Below, in pieces: positions 9,026-19,430 of a stretch of DNA of 64,000 nucleotides (positions are counted from its first letter, which is position 1; every line of letters begins with the position of its first letter). Source of the stretch: an uncultured Gemmatimonadales bacterium (GTDB lineage Bacteria > Gemmatimonadota > Gemmatimonadetes > Longimicrobiales > Gaopeijiaceae); assembly GCA_963823035.1 (NCBI GenBank), contig CAWGKG010000018.1, positions 1 through 64,000 on the forward strand, written 5' to 3'. Under the pieces are notes generated by a model. That model did not search any database and had not been told where the DNA came from. It saw only the letters and a program-made list of their open reading frames with translations. The translations under genes were made by a program, and so were the position numbers.

Positions 9026-10862
9026 TCAGTCTCCGGATTCGAGGACCGCGTCCACCCGCTTGTCCACGTCCCGGGCCACCTCGGCCGCCACGACGAGCAG
9101 CGCGTCCAGCTTGCCGCGAAGCTCGGAGCGGAAACCCTCGTCGTGGATGTGCGGGAGGTTGATCCGCACGTTGTACGCGGCGGCCCTCAGCCCCGCGTGC
9201 CCCATGAGCGCACCCGTGCCCACGTCACTGATCATCTGCGGACTGGCCATGTCGGCCATCTCGCGACAGAGCGTCATGGCCTCCAGGCACCGTTCCGCGG
9301 TGGTCGAGCGGCACCAGCGTCGCGGTACGGTAGCCCTCCTGGATGACGCGCGACCGCTCCGCTCGCTCCTCCTCCGTGTCCTGCGCCATGCGCATGCCGG
9401 CGAGCACCGCGTCGAAGGCGCGCGTGTCCTCGTCGACGGCGCGGATCAGGGCGTCCTTGGCGGCCTGGGCGCGCTCGGCCAGCGAGCACAGGTCGGCGTA
9501 GCGGTCGTCGAACTCCCCCTTCCCCACCGAGAGGTTCGCCACCATGGAGGCGAGGGCGCCGCCGAGCGCGCCCGCCAAGGCCGCGACGGAGCCGCCCCCC
9601 GGAGCCGGCGTGTCCCGTGACACCTCGTCCACGAAGTCGTGCGTCGGGCGAAGCACCAGGGGTCCGTCCACCTTCGGGAGGGCGAGGATCTTCTCCTCCG
9701 CGTCGAAGGGGGCGACATCCCGGAGGCCCATCGACTGGACGGCCGTCTCGACCAGGTCCGAGACCGGGATGCCCGTGGACTTCTTCATCCGCTCGAGGTA
9801 GAAGCGGCCCGCATCGCGGATGGCGTCCCAGGGGATCACGCCCACCAGCTCCGAGCCCGTGACGCACACCCCACGCTTGACCGCCTCGTCGCGCGCGGCC
9901 TCGAGCACCACGTGCGGTGGGCTGACCTCGTGGTTCGTGAGGTTCATGCTGATCTGGGCCCGACCGTAGTCCTCGATCACCCAGCCGATCGCCTTCACGT
10001 CCGCGAAGAGGCCGTCGTCGAAGACCGGACCGGAGGGATGCTCCGGGTCGATGTCCAGCGACGCGTAGCGTGCGCGCAGGTCGCCGCCGTGGACGTCCCG
10101 GTAGTGGGCGTCGAGCTCCTCGAACGTCGCGCCGACGAAGTCGCACGGGCCGCAGGGGTAACCACCGTCGGTGGAGAAACGGACGATCTCGCCCTTGTAG
10201 TAGAACGGGTCGGTGTTGCCCACCCGTTTCCACCGGCCGCGCTCGCGCAGGACGTACGCGATGTCGTTCGCGTAGCGCCGGTCCGTGGTGTTGAGGTTCA
10301 CGTTGTAGGCGATCAGGAACGTCCGCGCGCCCACCGCCGTGACGCCCGCGCGTGGGTTCGGCGCCGACGGTCCGAAATCCGGCTTCCACTCCGGGTCGCG
10401 CAGCTTGTCCGCCATCCCCTCGTACTCGCCCGAGCGCACGCGCGCGAGGTTCCGCCGCTCGGGCCGACTCGCCGCGTGCTCGTAGAGGAAGACCGGAATG
10501 TCCAGCTCGGAGCCGATGCGCGCGCCGACGCGGCGGGCGATCTCCGCGCACTCCTCCATCGTGATGTTCGCGACGGGTACGAAAGGCACCACGTCGGTGG
10601 CGCCCATCCGAGGATGCTCGCCGTGGTGCTCGCGCATGTCGATGAGCTGCGCTGCCCTGGCGACGGCGCGGAATGCAGCCTCCGCCACGGCCTCCGGCCC
10701 ACCGACGAAGGTCACGACCGTGCGGTTCGTGTTGGCTCCCGGATCCACGTCGAGGAGCCGAACCCCCGAGACCGCCGAGATCGTGTCGGTGATCTCCTTG
10801 ATGACGGCGGCGTTACGGCCTTCGGAGAAGTTCGGGACGCATTCGACGACAGGCTCGGACAT
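9026..10862 (-). CDS. ftcD: Glutamate formimidoyltransferase/cyclodeaminase (FTCD); apparent frameshift near 9300
   Basis: VECVPNFSEGR, HPRMGATDVVPFVP, LIAYNVNL and PAPGGGSVAA motifs. The C-terminus (SDVGTGA...AAYNVRINL) continues in the frame of ORF 9026..9277. Confidence 0.9.
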
Positions 10863-10930
10863 GGGCGGCTTGGGGGATGAGGGAAGACGGTGGCCGGAGC
10901 CCCTCGATCGGGGCTCCGGCGGCTTGCTGT

Positions 10931-13240
10931 TCATCGATCGCGGCCGTCGCCGCCGTCGGAGACGCGAGCGCGCGGGCCCGTCCCCTCGAGGGAGGACAGG
11001 ACGTCCCGCCACTCGAACCTCTCGCCGGTCCCGCGGATCCAGTAGTCCATCCAGGCCTTCTCCGCGACGGACTTCACGTACTGGTTTCGCGCGTCCGGGA
11101 TGCCGTGGCTGTGGCCCGGGTACAGGAACAACTCCGTGGGCACGCCGAGCTTCTTGAGCGCCATGTGCAGCTCGATGGACTGCGGGCTCGGCACCCGGGG
11201 GTCGCCTTCCACCACGTGGATCATCGTGGGAGTCTTCGCGTTCTTGATGTACTTCAGCGGCGACTGGTCCCAGTAGGCGTCGAAGTCGTCGTACGGGAGC
11301 TTGTTGCCCAGGTAGAACTGGCGATTCCGCTGCACGTCGCTCTCCGCGTACATGCTGATCCAGTTCGACGTGCCCGCGCCCGTGCTGATGGCCTTGAAGC
11401 GGTCCGTGTGCGTGAGGATCCAGTCCGACCAGTGGCCACCGGCGCTCCACCCGAGCACCCCCATGTGGTCGGGATCCGCGATCCCCTGGGCGATCAGGTA
11501 GTCGACACCGGTCATGATGTCGTCGAAGCCCTGGGGGAAGTAGTTGCCCACGATCGCCGTCTGGAACGCGTTGCCGTAGTTGGTCGAGCCGCGGTAGTTC
11601 GGCATGAGCACGGCGTAGCCGTCACCGGCGTACGGCTGAGTGCCGTATCCGCCGTTGAAGCGCAGGACGTCCGCGCCGGCGGGTCCGCCGTGGATGGCCA
11701 CGATGAGCGGGTAGCGCTTGCCCGGCTGGTAGCCCACGGGCTTCCTGAGGATGCCGCCGACCTGGGTGCCGTCGGTGGACGTCCAGGTGATCTCCTCCTC
11801 GTCGCCGAGCAGGAAGTTCTTCACCTGAGGGGTGACGTCGTCCAGCTGCTTCCAGTTGGACCGGGTGGCCACCTTGTCCACGCTCGGAACCGTGTACGCC
11901 GTCGGTGGCGTCATGGGATCGGAGTAGTTGATGAGGATCACGCCCGACTCCTCGTCACGGTTCACCCTCAGCGCCGCCTCCATGTCCGTGAGCTGGCGGA
12001 CGGTGCCCTTCGCCACGTCGAGGGCCATGAGTTGCGTGGTGGCCCGGATGCCGGCTCCGAAGTAGACGGTCTTGGCGTCGGCGGACCAGAAGCCGACGGA
12101 CACGTCACCGTCGAAGGCGTCGCCCAGCCTCCGGAAGTGGCCTCCCCGGTCGTCCACCGCCCGCAGGTAGACCTTGTTGTCCGTCATGCTGTATTCGGCG
12201 GTGTCGCTGGGGGCCGAGAAGGCGACCCACTTCGAGTCCGGGGAGAAGCTCAGGCCGCTCTCCCCCACCTCCGTGTTCTGCGTGAGCCGCTCGATGGCGC
12301 CCGAGCCGGTGTCCAGGAGGAAGAGGTCGGCGTAGAGGCGCTCCTCCGTGATGTTGCGCTCGTAGCGCTTCGCCGAGGACCCGGTGAAGCCGACCCAGCG
12401 GCCATCCTTCGAGACGGTGAACCCCGAGACGCTGATCGTCCCGTCGTGCGTGAGCCGTGTGCTCGCGACGGGATCCATGTCCACCGCCCACAGGCTGGAA
12501 AGGGGCGTGACCTCGTTGCGCACGTTCACCGTGAACTTCTTCTCGCGGCGGAGCTTGTTGTCGGTGTCCACGGTGTCGGGACGGTTGAAGTAGATCCGCC
12601 CGCCGTCCGGTGCCCACTCGAACGCCTCCACGCCCCCCTGACCCTGGGTGATCTGCTCCGCCTTCGCGTCGCCGCCCGACCCCACGATGCCCGCGACGGG
12701 CAGGCGCCACAGGTGAGCCTCGTCGGACTTGCCCGCCCGGAAGACGAGCCATCGACCGTCCGGGCTGAAGGAGAAGCGCGAGACCCCGTCCTTCGCGTCG
12801 GTGATCTTGCGGGCCTCACCGCCGTCGGGGTGCATGAGGTAGAGCTGGCTCTGGCTCCCGTTCGACGGGGCGTCGCGATTCGAGAGGAAGACGAAGAAGG
12901 AGCCGTCTCGGGACCACGCCGGCGACGTCTCGTTCTTCTCCTCCGTGAACGTCATCTGCCGGTGGGAGCCCAGACCCTCCGCCAGGGAGACGAGGTGGAT
13001 GTCGGACTGGGTGCGGTCGGCTTGCCAGTCGGGGGTGGAGACCGTGTAGAGCAGCCACTTGCCGTCGTGGCTGGGTGCCCACGAACCGGCCCTGGCCATC
13101 TCCCGGGCGTCGAGGAACGTCATGGGCCGTCGGGCGTCCGGCCCGGTGGCGTCCTGAGCCGCGCCGCTCGACCCGATCGACGCCGCGAGGAGAAGGACCG
13201 GCACCGACCTTCTGATGAACCACGAATGCTGGTACGACAT
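10931..13240 (-). CDS. S9 (prolyl oligopeptidase/acylaminoacyl peptidase) family peptidase, exported
   Basis: Signal peptide, PD40/WD40-like repeats (PAWSRDG, FSFSPDG), IHGGP, nucleophile GWSAGG, DPRVP and HSHG. Confidence 0.92.
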   Translation of the reverse strand: MSYQHSWFIRRSVPVLLLAASIGSSGAAQDATGPDARRPMTFLDAREMARAGSWAPSHDGKWLLYTVSTPDWQADRTQSDIHLVSLAEGLGSHRQMTFTEEKNETSPAWSRDGSFFVFLSNRDAPSNGSQSQLYLMHPDGGEARKITDAKDGVSRFSFSPDGRWLVFRAGKSDEAHLWRLPVAGIVGSGGDAKAEQITQGQGGVEAFEWAPDGGRIYFNRPDTVDTDNKLRREKKFTVNVRNEVTPLSSLWAVDMDPVASTRLTHDGTISVSGFTVSKDGRWVGFTGSSAKRYERNITEERLYADLFLLDTGSGAIERLTQNTEVGESGLSFSPDSKWVAFSAPSDTAEYSMTDNKVYLRAVDDRGGHFRRLGDAFDGDVSVGFWSADAKTVYFGAGIRATTQLMALDVAKGTVRQLTDMEAALRVNRDEESGVILINYSDPMTPPTAYTVPSVDKVATRSNWKQLDDVTPQVKNFLLGDEEEITWTSTDGTQVGGILRKPVGYQPGKRYPLIVAIHGGPAGADVLRFNGGYGTQPYAGDGYAVLMPNYRGSTNYGNAFQTAIVGNYFPQGFDDIMTGVDYLIAQGIADPDHMGVLGWSAGGHWSDWILTHTDRFKAISTGAGTSNWISMYAESDVQRNRQFYLGNKLPYDDFDAYWDQSPLKYIKNAKTPTMIHVVEGDPRVPSPQSIELHMALKKLGVPTELFLYPGHSHGIPDARNQYVKSVAEKAWMDYWIRGTGERFEWRDVLSSLEGTGPRARVSDGGDGRDR

Positions 13241-13515
13241 GGGAGCCTCGGAGTCCGACGTGGAGCCGCTAGTGCGCGAGCGAGACGGGAGGCCCCGGCC
13301 GGGCCCCCGGAGATCCAGGGAAGATGGCGTGGGGCGGCCGGGCGCGCACCCTTGCCGGACGCCGACAGCCCGCGTATCGCTCGACCTCGTGCAGGCCAAC
13401 GCCGCGATCCTGACGGGGAAGCCTGTCGCCGCGCGCCGTGCGTTCTGGGAAGCCTCCCGGCGCCTGGGCACGGCCGTGTCCCGCCTACCGCTGAGCCCGA
13501 GGGCCGGCGACGGGG

Positions 13516-14442
13516 CTAACCAGAAGGTCCCGTCGCGGGCCCCCGTGGGTGCTGGTCGAAGAACGCCCAGATCTCTCGAAAGCAGCGGCCACTCGCACAG
13601 AAATCGTGGGCGCTGATGTCGTGGGTCGCTCCGTGAAGGCGGTACAGTCGGACCTCGTGCTTGGAGTCGGTGGCTCCGAACGTGTACAGCGTGGTTCCCG
13701 CCTCGGGCTCCGTGATCACCGCCTCGACGCAGAGTCCGTCGTGCCGGGCCCACGCCTGGACGGTGCCCAAAGCCGACTCGAAGACAATCGGAAGAATGGT
13801 GCTCGACCCACCCTCGTAGGGGACGACGAGGTCTTGATCGCCATGAAGCTGCATCACGGAAACCCGTGTGACGTGCGGGGCGAGGACCAGTCCCTGAACA
13901 TGGGAAGCCGACATCGATGCCACCGCGGCAAAGACATCGGTGGAACGGGCCAGGAGGTAGCTGAAGGAACCGCCGTTGGAATACCCGGCGGAGTACACCC
14001 TGTCGTCATCCAACTCCAGGACCGCTCCCAACCGTGCGAGTACCTCGAGTGTGAATCCGACATCGTCCGCGGTCGAAGGCGCGCCCCCTGAACTGTCGTT
14101 CCAGGAGTTCAACACGCCCTGGGGATAGATCCCAATGAACTGCTCCTCGTCCACCATCGGACCGATCACCGAGCGGCCCTGGCTCTCATTGCCGCCCAGG
14201 CCATGGAAGAAGAACACGACGGGGTAGGGATGCCCGGCTCGCCAGTCGGACGGAAGATGCACGCTCAGATCGCGATCCATTCCACCGTGAGCGATGACGA
14301 CCTCGTTCACCCCGGCGTGCAATTGCAGGGGGGGCGCCGCGGGCGCGACAGGAGAGTCTGAGGAGCATGCCGCGGTGACAAGAAGGATGCAGAGCGTTGC
14401 GATCCGCCCAATGCCAACCTGAGCTACCGTTGCACTCGTCAT
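13516..14442 (-). CDS. PHB-depolymerase/LpqC-like alpha/beta hydrolase, probable lipoprotein
   Basis: FFHGLGG, DDVGF, GYSNGG and HGDQDLVVPY motifs; lipobox VTAAC. Start codon uncertain. Confidence 0.8.
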   Translation of the reverse strand: MTSATVAQVGIGRIATLCILLVTAACSSDSPVAPAAPPLQLHAGVNEVVIAHGGMDRDLSVHLPSDWRAGHPYPVVFFFHGLGGNESQGRSVIGPMVDEEQFIGIYPQGVLNSWNDSSGGAPSTADDVGFTLEVLARLGAVLELDDDRVYSAGYSNGGSFSYLLARSTDVFAAVASMSASHVQGLVLAPHVTRVSVMQLHGDQDLVVPYEGGSSTILPIVFESALGTVQAWARHDGLCVEAVITEPEAGTTLYTFGATDSKHEVRLYRLHGATHDISAHDFCASGRCFREIWAFFDQHPRGPATGPSG

Positions 14443-14715
14443 GTTGGACGGTGCCTTCCCCGGTGACCGCAACGGGTCGCCGTACCGCGAGGATGCGACC
14501 TGTGGGCAAAGCGCCCCAGCTTGGTCTTGGCGGAAGCACTCGCCGAGAGGGTCCGGACCGGGCCAGAAGGCGTGGGCCATCCCAAGTCGGCCGTTGGATG
14601 ACCTGTCTCGGGATGCCCGACCGCCACCGAGTGGCCTGACCTCCGCTCGGGGAACGGGGAATCTGTCTTCAGTTCCGCGCCATGCACCAACGCCCCAATT
14701 CTATTCCCGACGCAC

Positions 14716-14750
14716 GAAGGCCTCCGGTGGAAAACCACCCGGAGGCCTTC
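14716..14750. terminator. Strong hairpin just 3' of tRNA-Cys (terminator-like)
   Basis: GAAGGCCTCCGG-TGG-AAAA-CCA-C-CCGGAGGCCTTC inverted repeat. Confidence 0.6.
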
Positions 14751-14761
14751 TGCTATCTCAG

Positions 14762-14833
14762 AGGCGCCGCCCGGATTCGAACCGGGGATCGAGGATTTGC
14801 AGTCCTCTGCCTTACCAACTTGGCTACGGCGCC
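14762..14833 (-). tRNA. tRNA-Cys (GCA)
   Basis: GGCGCCG acceptor stem, anticodon arm GAGGA-CTGCAAA-TCCTC, T-loop GGTTCGAATCC. CCA not encoded. Confidence 0.95.
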
Positions 14834-14882
14834 GACAAGAAGGGGGGCCCGCATCGGGCTTCCGACGCTTGCCCCCCTTCAG

Positions 14883-14955
14883 AGCGGGAAACCGGACTCG
14901 AACCGGCGACCCCAACCTTGGCAAGGTTGTGCTCTACCAACTGAGCTATTCCCGC
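14883..14955 (-). tRNA. tRNA-Gly (GCC)
   Basis: GCGGGAATAGCTCAGTTGGTAGAGC, anticodon arm CAACC-TTGCCAA-GGTTG, GGTTCGAGTCC. CCA not encoded. Confidence 0.96.
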
Positions 14956-15118
14956 GTGGCTTCCAGCGTTCAGGAAGGTAGGGAAGGCGTCAGGGGAGGT
15001 CAAGCGCCTACGCGCGCAAGGGGATCGCGTGTTCCACGGCGACTCGGGCACCCTTATGTTTCCCGATCCACGCCGCATTTCGGGGGGTGTCGCCGCCTCC
15101 CGATCAGCCCAGGAGAAC

Positions 15119-16768
15119 ATGCCCCGCCGACCCCCCGCGCCTTCCGATCGGAGCGGTACCACGCACCCCCGGGCGCGAGGCCCCGCACCGGTCCTCCTGG
15201 GCCTGCTCGCCGTCGTCCTCGCCCCCTGGTCGGTCGCCGCGCAGGCCCTGCCGGCGCCCCTGGGGAGACTGACCGTGCCGGGCGGACGGGTGAGCCTGGA
15301 CTTCACGCCCTCCTTCACCACCTGGACCGAGCGCTACGGGCCCCACGCGGCGAACGGCGTGGTCGTGGACGGGACGGAGCCGCTCGGGGCGGATCTCTCG
15401 GATCCGGAGAACATCTTCCCGGGCATCGCGACGCTGCAGCAGCGCATCCGGGACCTGAGTGGGGACGCGGGCTTCAGCGTCGTCACGGGCACGACGATCG
15501 GGCGGGTCACGAAGGACGTGAAGCGGATCGACTCGGGGCTGCGCATCGGCGTCTTCGACTGGCTCACGCTCGGCGTCAACGTCCCGTACGTGAAGACGCG
15601 CGCGGCGGTCGACTTCGGTTACGTGCCCACCTCGAGCACCAACGTCGGGGTGAACCCGACCTCCGCGAACCCGGACGCCGTCTCGACACTGCTGGCCCAG
15701 CTCCAGCGGGCCGGCGACGCCGCAGCCGAGCGGGCCGCGGCGCTCTGCCAGATCGGAGATCCGGAGTGCGCCTCCGCCCAGTCGCTGGCCGACCGTGTCG
15801 GCGCGTTCCGGACCGGCGCCTTCGACGCCTACGCCTCCGGCCCGGTCTTCCCGACGAGCACCTCCTCGGTGGCCGAGACCCTCAACAACACGCTCTCGGC
15901 CCTCGATGCCGACCTGCTCGCGGCGGGGCTGACCGGGATCGCCGCTCCGATGGCCTTCGCGGACGCCGCCCTGGACGCCACGGACTTCGCGACGCTCCCG
16001 GGAGACCCGTCGATCCAGGCCGCGCCCCTGGAGAGCACGGACGGCCTGTGGACGCTGGGCGACGTCGAGGTGATGGCCGCACTCCGCCTTCTGGACGGCG
16101 AGGTGCGTGATCCTGGTGCGCTGTCGCCCCGCTTCGCCTGGTACCTGGCGGGCGGCGCCCTCGTCCGACTGGGCACGGGCACGCCGGCCGACCCCTCCAT
16201 CCCGTTCGACGTGGGAAGCGGCGACGGGCAGATGGACATCGAGGGTCGGGTCGAGGCGGCCCTTCGCATCGGTGGCCACCTGGACCTGCACGCCGCGGGT
16301 CGCTACGGCGTCCAGCAATCGACCACGCTCACGCGTCGCGTCGCGCTCCACGAGCTCGTGTTCCCGCCGCTCGCGACCACGCGCACCGTGAACTGGACGC
16401 CGGGCGACTACTTCCTCGTGGAGTTGTCGCCTCGGTGGCACCTGGGGGAGTCCCTCGCCCTCGCGGTGGATCTTCGCCACTACCACAAGGCCGCGGACAC
16501 CTACGCGGTCGTGGCCACCCCTGGCGACGAGACGGTGCCGGTGAACGCGGCCGACCTGGAGCACGAGACGGAGATGACGCTCCAGGAGGTCGCGGTCGGC
16601 GTGCGCTACTCGACCGTCGCCAGCTGGCGTCGTGGCCAGACGGGCACGCCGATCGAGGTCGGAGGCCGCGTGATCGAGGCCGTGGACGGAAGGGGTGGGC
16701 AGGCGCCGCGGAACACGCGCGTCGAGTTCAGCGTCAGCCTCTTCCGACGCCTGTGGGGGCAACGCTAG
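15119..16768 (+). CDS. Exported hypothetical protein, probable outer-membrane beta-barrel
   Basis: AGGAGA RBS, signal peptide (...APWSVAAQ) and alternating amphipathic beta-strand patterns ending VEFSVSLF. Confidence 0.6.
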   Translation: MPRRPPAPSDRSGTTHPRARGPAPVLLGLLAVVLAPWSVAAQALPAPLGRLTVPGGRVSLDFTPSFTTWTERYGPHAANGVVVDGTEPLGADLSDPENIFPGIATLQQRIRDLSGDAGFSVVTGTTIGRVTKDVKRIDSGLRIGVFDWLTLGVNVPYVKTRAAVDFGYVPTSSTNVGVNPTSANPDAVSTLLAQLQRAGDAAAERAAALCQIGDPECASAQSLADRVGAFRTGAFDAYASGPVFPTSTSSVAETLNNTLSALDADLLAAGLTGIAAPMAFADAALDATDFATLPGDPSIQAAPLESTDGLWTLGDVEVMAALRLLDGEVRDPGALSPRFAWYLAGGALVRLGTGTPADPSIPFDVGSGDGQMDIEGRVEAALRIGGHLDLHAAGRYGVQQSTTLTRRVALHELVFPPLATTRTVNWTPGDYFLVELSPRWHLGESLALAVDLRHYHKAADTYAVVATPGDETVPVNAADLEHETEMTLQEVAVGVRYSTVASWRRGQTGTPIEVGGRVIEAVDGRGGQAPRNTRVEFSVSLFRRLWGQR

Positions 16769-16779
16769 GCGCGAGAACG

Positions 16780-18441
16780 CTAGAACGCCGCCAGCATCTC
16801 CCGCGCGTGGTCGCGCGACGTGCTGGACTCGGGATCCCCTCCGAGCATGCGCGCGATCTCGGCCACACGATCCTCCCCGTCGAGCGGGCGCACCTGGGCG
16901 ACCGTGTTGTCCTCCCCCTGCCTCTTCTCGACCAGGAGGTGGGCCCCGGCGCGACAGGCGAGCTGGGGGAGGTGCGTCACGACGAACACCTGATGGCGCT
17001 CGGCAACCTGGGCCAGCTTGCGCGCGACCGCCGTGGCCACGACACCCCCCACCCCGGCGTCGATCTCGTCGAAGATGAGGACGGGCACCCGGTCCACCTC
17101 CGCGAGGATCGACTTGAGCGCCAGCATCACGCGCGACAGCTCCCCACCGCTCGCGATCCGCGCGAGCGCCATGGGCTCGAAGCCGGGGTTGGGCGACACG
17201 AGGAACTCGACGGCCTCCGCGCCGGACGCCCCGATCTCGTCGAGGGGGCGCAGACGAATCTCGAAGGACGCCGCCGTGAGCCCGAGGTCGGGTAGGATCT
17301 GCCTGACCGACTCGGCCAGCTCGCTCCCCGCCCTCTCCCGGGCGGCGCTGAGCTCGCCGGCGGCCTCGCCCAGCTCCGCCCGCGCCGCCTCCACGCGCCC
17401 ACGCAGCACCTCCACGTCGTGCACCGCCTCCTCCATCTCGGCCAGCTCGTCGCGCACCTTGCGAGCCGTCTCGAGCACGTCCGCCAGCTCGGGCCCGTAC
17501 TTCCGCTTGAGGCGGAAGAGGGCGTCCAGCCGCTCGCGGATCTCCTCCAGGCGGGCGGGGTCGTGCTCGACGCCGGAGGCGTAGTCCCCGACACGGCGGC
17601 CGGCCTCGGCCACGGCGTGGTACGCGTCGTCGGTCAGGCGTGCAAGCTCCTCCAGCGTCGGGTCGATCCGTGACATCCGGGTGAGCTGCGCGCGCGCCTC
17701 GGCGATGCGGTCCGCGACCGCGTTCTCCCCTCCGTACAGCTCCTCGTGGATGGCTCCCGCCCCCGAAAGCAGCTCCTCGAGGTGCACGTAGCGGTCGGCC
17801 TCGGCCTCGAGCTCCTCGTCCTCTCCCGCGTGGACCTGCGCGGCGTCGATCTCCTCGAGCTGGAAGCTCAGGAACTCCTCGCGCTCCCGCAGCTCCTCGC
17901 TGCGTGCCTCGCGCTCGTTGAACTCGACGATGCGCGCCCGCACCGCCACGTGCGCCTTGGCGACGCGCTCGAGCGCTCCGCCCGCGCCCGCATAGGCGTC
18001 GAGGATGGCGCGCTGCTCGACCTGGCGCAGGAGCGTCTGGTGCTCGTGCTGGCCGTGCATGTCGACCAGCCGGGAGCCGAGCTCGCCCACCACGCTGGCC
18101 GTCGCCGGCGAGCCGTTCACCCACGCCCGGTTGCGTCCCTCGGCTGCGACCTCGCGGCGGAGGATCAGCTGTCCGTCCTCGGCGGGGAAGCCCAACTCCT
18201 CCAGCCGCGCCAGCAGACCCTCCATCCCCGTGACGTCGAACTCCGCCTCGACGGCGGCGCGGTCCGCCCCGGCGCGCACCACACCGGACGAAGCGCGCTC
18301 GCCCAGGAGGAGGGAGAGGGCGTCGACCACGATCGACTTCCCCGCCCCGGTCTCGCCGGTGAGTACGTTGAGGCCGGGCCTCAGCGTCAGGCTGAGGTCC
18401 TCGACCACGGCGTAGTTGCGAATTCTGAGTTCGACGAGCAT
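16780..18441 (-). CDS. recN: DNA repair protein RecN
   Basis: LTGETGAGKS, HGQHEHQ, IASGGELSR, FDEIDAG and VTHLPQ motifs. Confidence 0.96.
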   Translation of the reverse strand: MLVELRIRNYAVVEDLSLTLRPGLNVLTGETGAGKSIVVDALSLLLGERASSGVVRAGADRAAVEAEFDVTGMEGLLARLEELGFPAEDGQLILRREVAAEGRNRAWVNGSPATASVVGELGSRLVDMHGQHEHQTLLRQVEQRAILDAYAGAGGALERVAKAHVAVRARIVEFNEREARSEELREREEFLSFQLEEIDAAQVHAGEDEELEAEADRYVHLEELLSGAGAIHEELYGGENAVADRIAEARAQLTRMSRIDPTLEELARLTDDAYHAVAEAGRRVGDYASGVEHDPARLEEIRERLDALFRLKRKYGPELADVLETARKVRDELAEMEEAVHDVEVLRGRVEAARAELGEAAGELSAARERAGSELAESVRQILPDLGLTAASFEIRLRPLDEIGASGAEAVEFLVSPNPGFEPMALARIASGGELSRVMLALKSILAEVDRVPVLIFDEIDAGVGGVVATAVARKLAQVAERHQVFVVTHLPQLACRAGAHLLVEKRQGEDNTVAQVRPLDGEDRVAEIARMLGGDPESSTSRDHAREMLAAF

Positions 18442-19430
18442 CTCGTCAAAGGTAGAGACGGAGAGCGCGCACACTCAATGGTGAAATACGGCGACCCCGC
18501 GGGACGCCCTATCGCGCGCTCCGGGGGCCGGGCGGCCCAATTGAGCTTCCGTCGCATCGTTCCGAAGAAGGTCTGCCCCGCCAATCGGACCAGGGACACG
18601 TCGTGTTCCCCGCGCCCCACCACCACCTCGTCGCGCTGGTCGAGGAGGCGCGCCACCTGCCCGTCCACGGTGAGCTGGAGTTGGTGGGAGGGGTCCATGG
18701 GCCGGACGGTGATCGAGTCGCTCGCCGGCACGACGAGCGTCCGCACGGTCAGCGAGTGGGGGCAGATGGGCGTGACCACGATGCACTCGACCTCGGGCAC
18801 GACGATGGGGCCGCCCGCGGAGAGCGAGTAGGCGGTCGACCCCGTGGGCGTCGCCAAGATGACGCCGTCGGCCGAGAAGCTGCCGATCTCGTCGCGCTCG
18901 GAGTCGTGGCCCACCGTGAGGTGCACCGGGGTGACGCGCGCCGCGCCGGGCTTGTGGACCACGACGTCGTTGAGGGCGTAGAGCGTCTCGCCCTTCGGCT
19001 CGCCGCCACCGTACACCCGGGCCTCGAGCGTGAAGCGACGATCCAGCTCCGCGTCGCCGTCGAGCACCCGTGCCATACCGACCTCGAGATCGGCCTCGGC
19101 CGTGTTGGTCAGGAAGCCGAGCTGACCGAGGTTCACCCCGAAGAGCGGAACGCCCTTGCCCGCCACCATGCGCGCCGCCCGGAGCAGCGTCCCGTCCCCG
19201 CCGAGCGCCACCACGAGGTCGACGGTCTCGTGCTCGAGGTCGACCTGGGGGGCGCTCCCCGAGAGGTCCCCCGCCTCGTGGCGGTCGACCACGACCTCCA
19301 CGCCGCGCGCGCGGCAGATCTCGAGAAGCCGCTTCACCGCCCCGGGGAGCTCCACGGAGCGACGGCGCAGCACGACGCCGAGCCGGCGGATCGGGCCGGG
19401 AAGACGCTCCCGGCCCTGCGGAAGGGTCAT
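18387..19430 (-). CDS. ppnK: NAD(+) kinase; true 3' end probably near 18510
   Basis: LGGDGTLL, GQLGFL, ALND and TPTGSTAYSLSAGGP motifs. The tail runs into recN, and an out-of-frame TAG near 18509 suggests an indel. Confidence 0.9.
   Translation of the reverse strand: MTLPQGRERLPGPIRRLGVVLRRRSVELPGAVKRLLEICRARGVEVVVDRHEAGDLSGSAPQVDLEHETVDLVVALGGDGTLLRAARMVAGKGVPLFGVNLGQLGFLTNTAEADLEVGMARVLDGDAELDRRFTLEARVYGGGEPKGETLYALNDVVVHKPGAARVTPVHLTVGHDSERDEIGSFSADGVILATPTGSTAYSLSAGGPIVVPEVECIVVTPICPHSLTVRTLVVPASDSITVRPMDPSHQLQLTVDGQVARLLDQRDEVVVGRGEHDVSLVRLAGQTFFGTMRRKLNWAARPPERAIGRPAGSPYFTIECARSPSLPLTRCSSNSEFATTPWSRTSA

Noticed and set aside
14700..14960. Integrated element at the tRNA-Gly/tRNA-Cys pair
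   Set aside because: No integrase and no duplicated tRNA 3' end were seen in the window.
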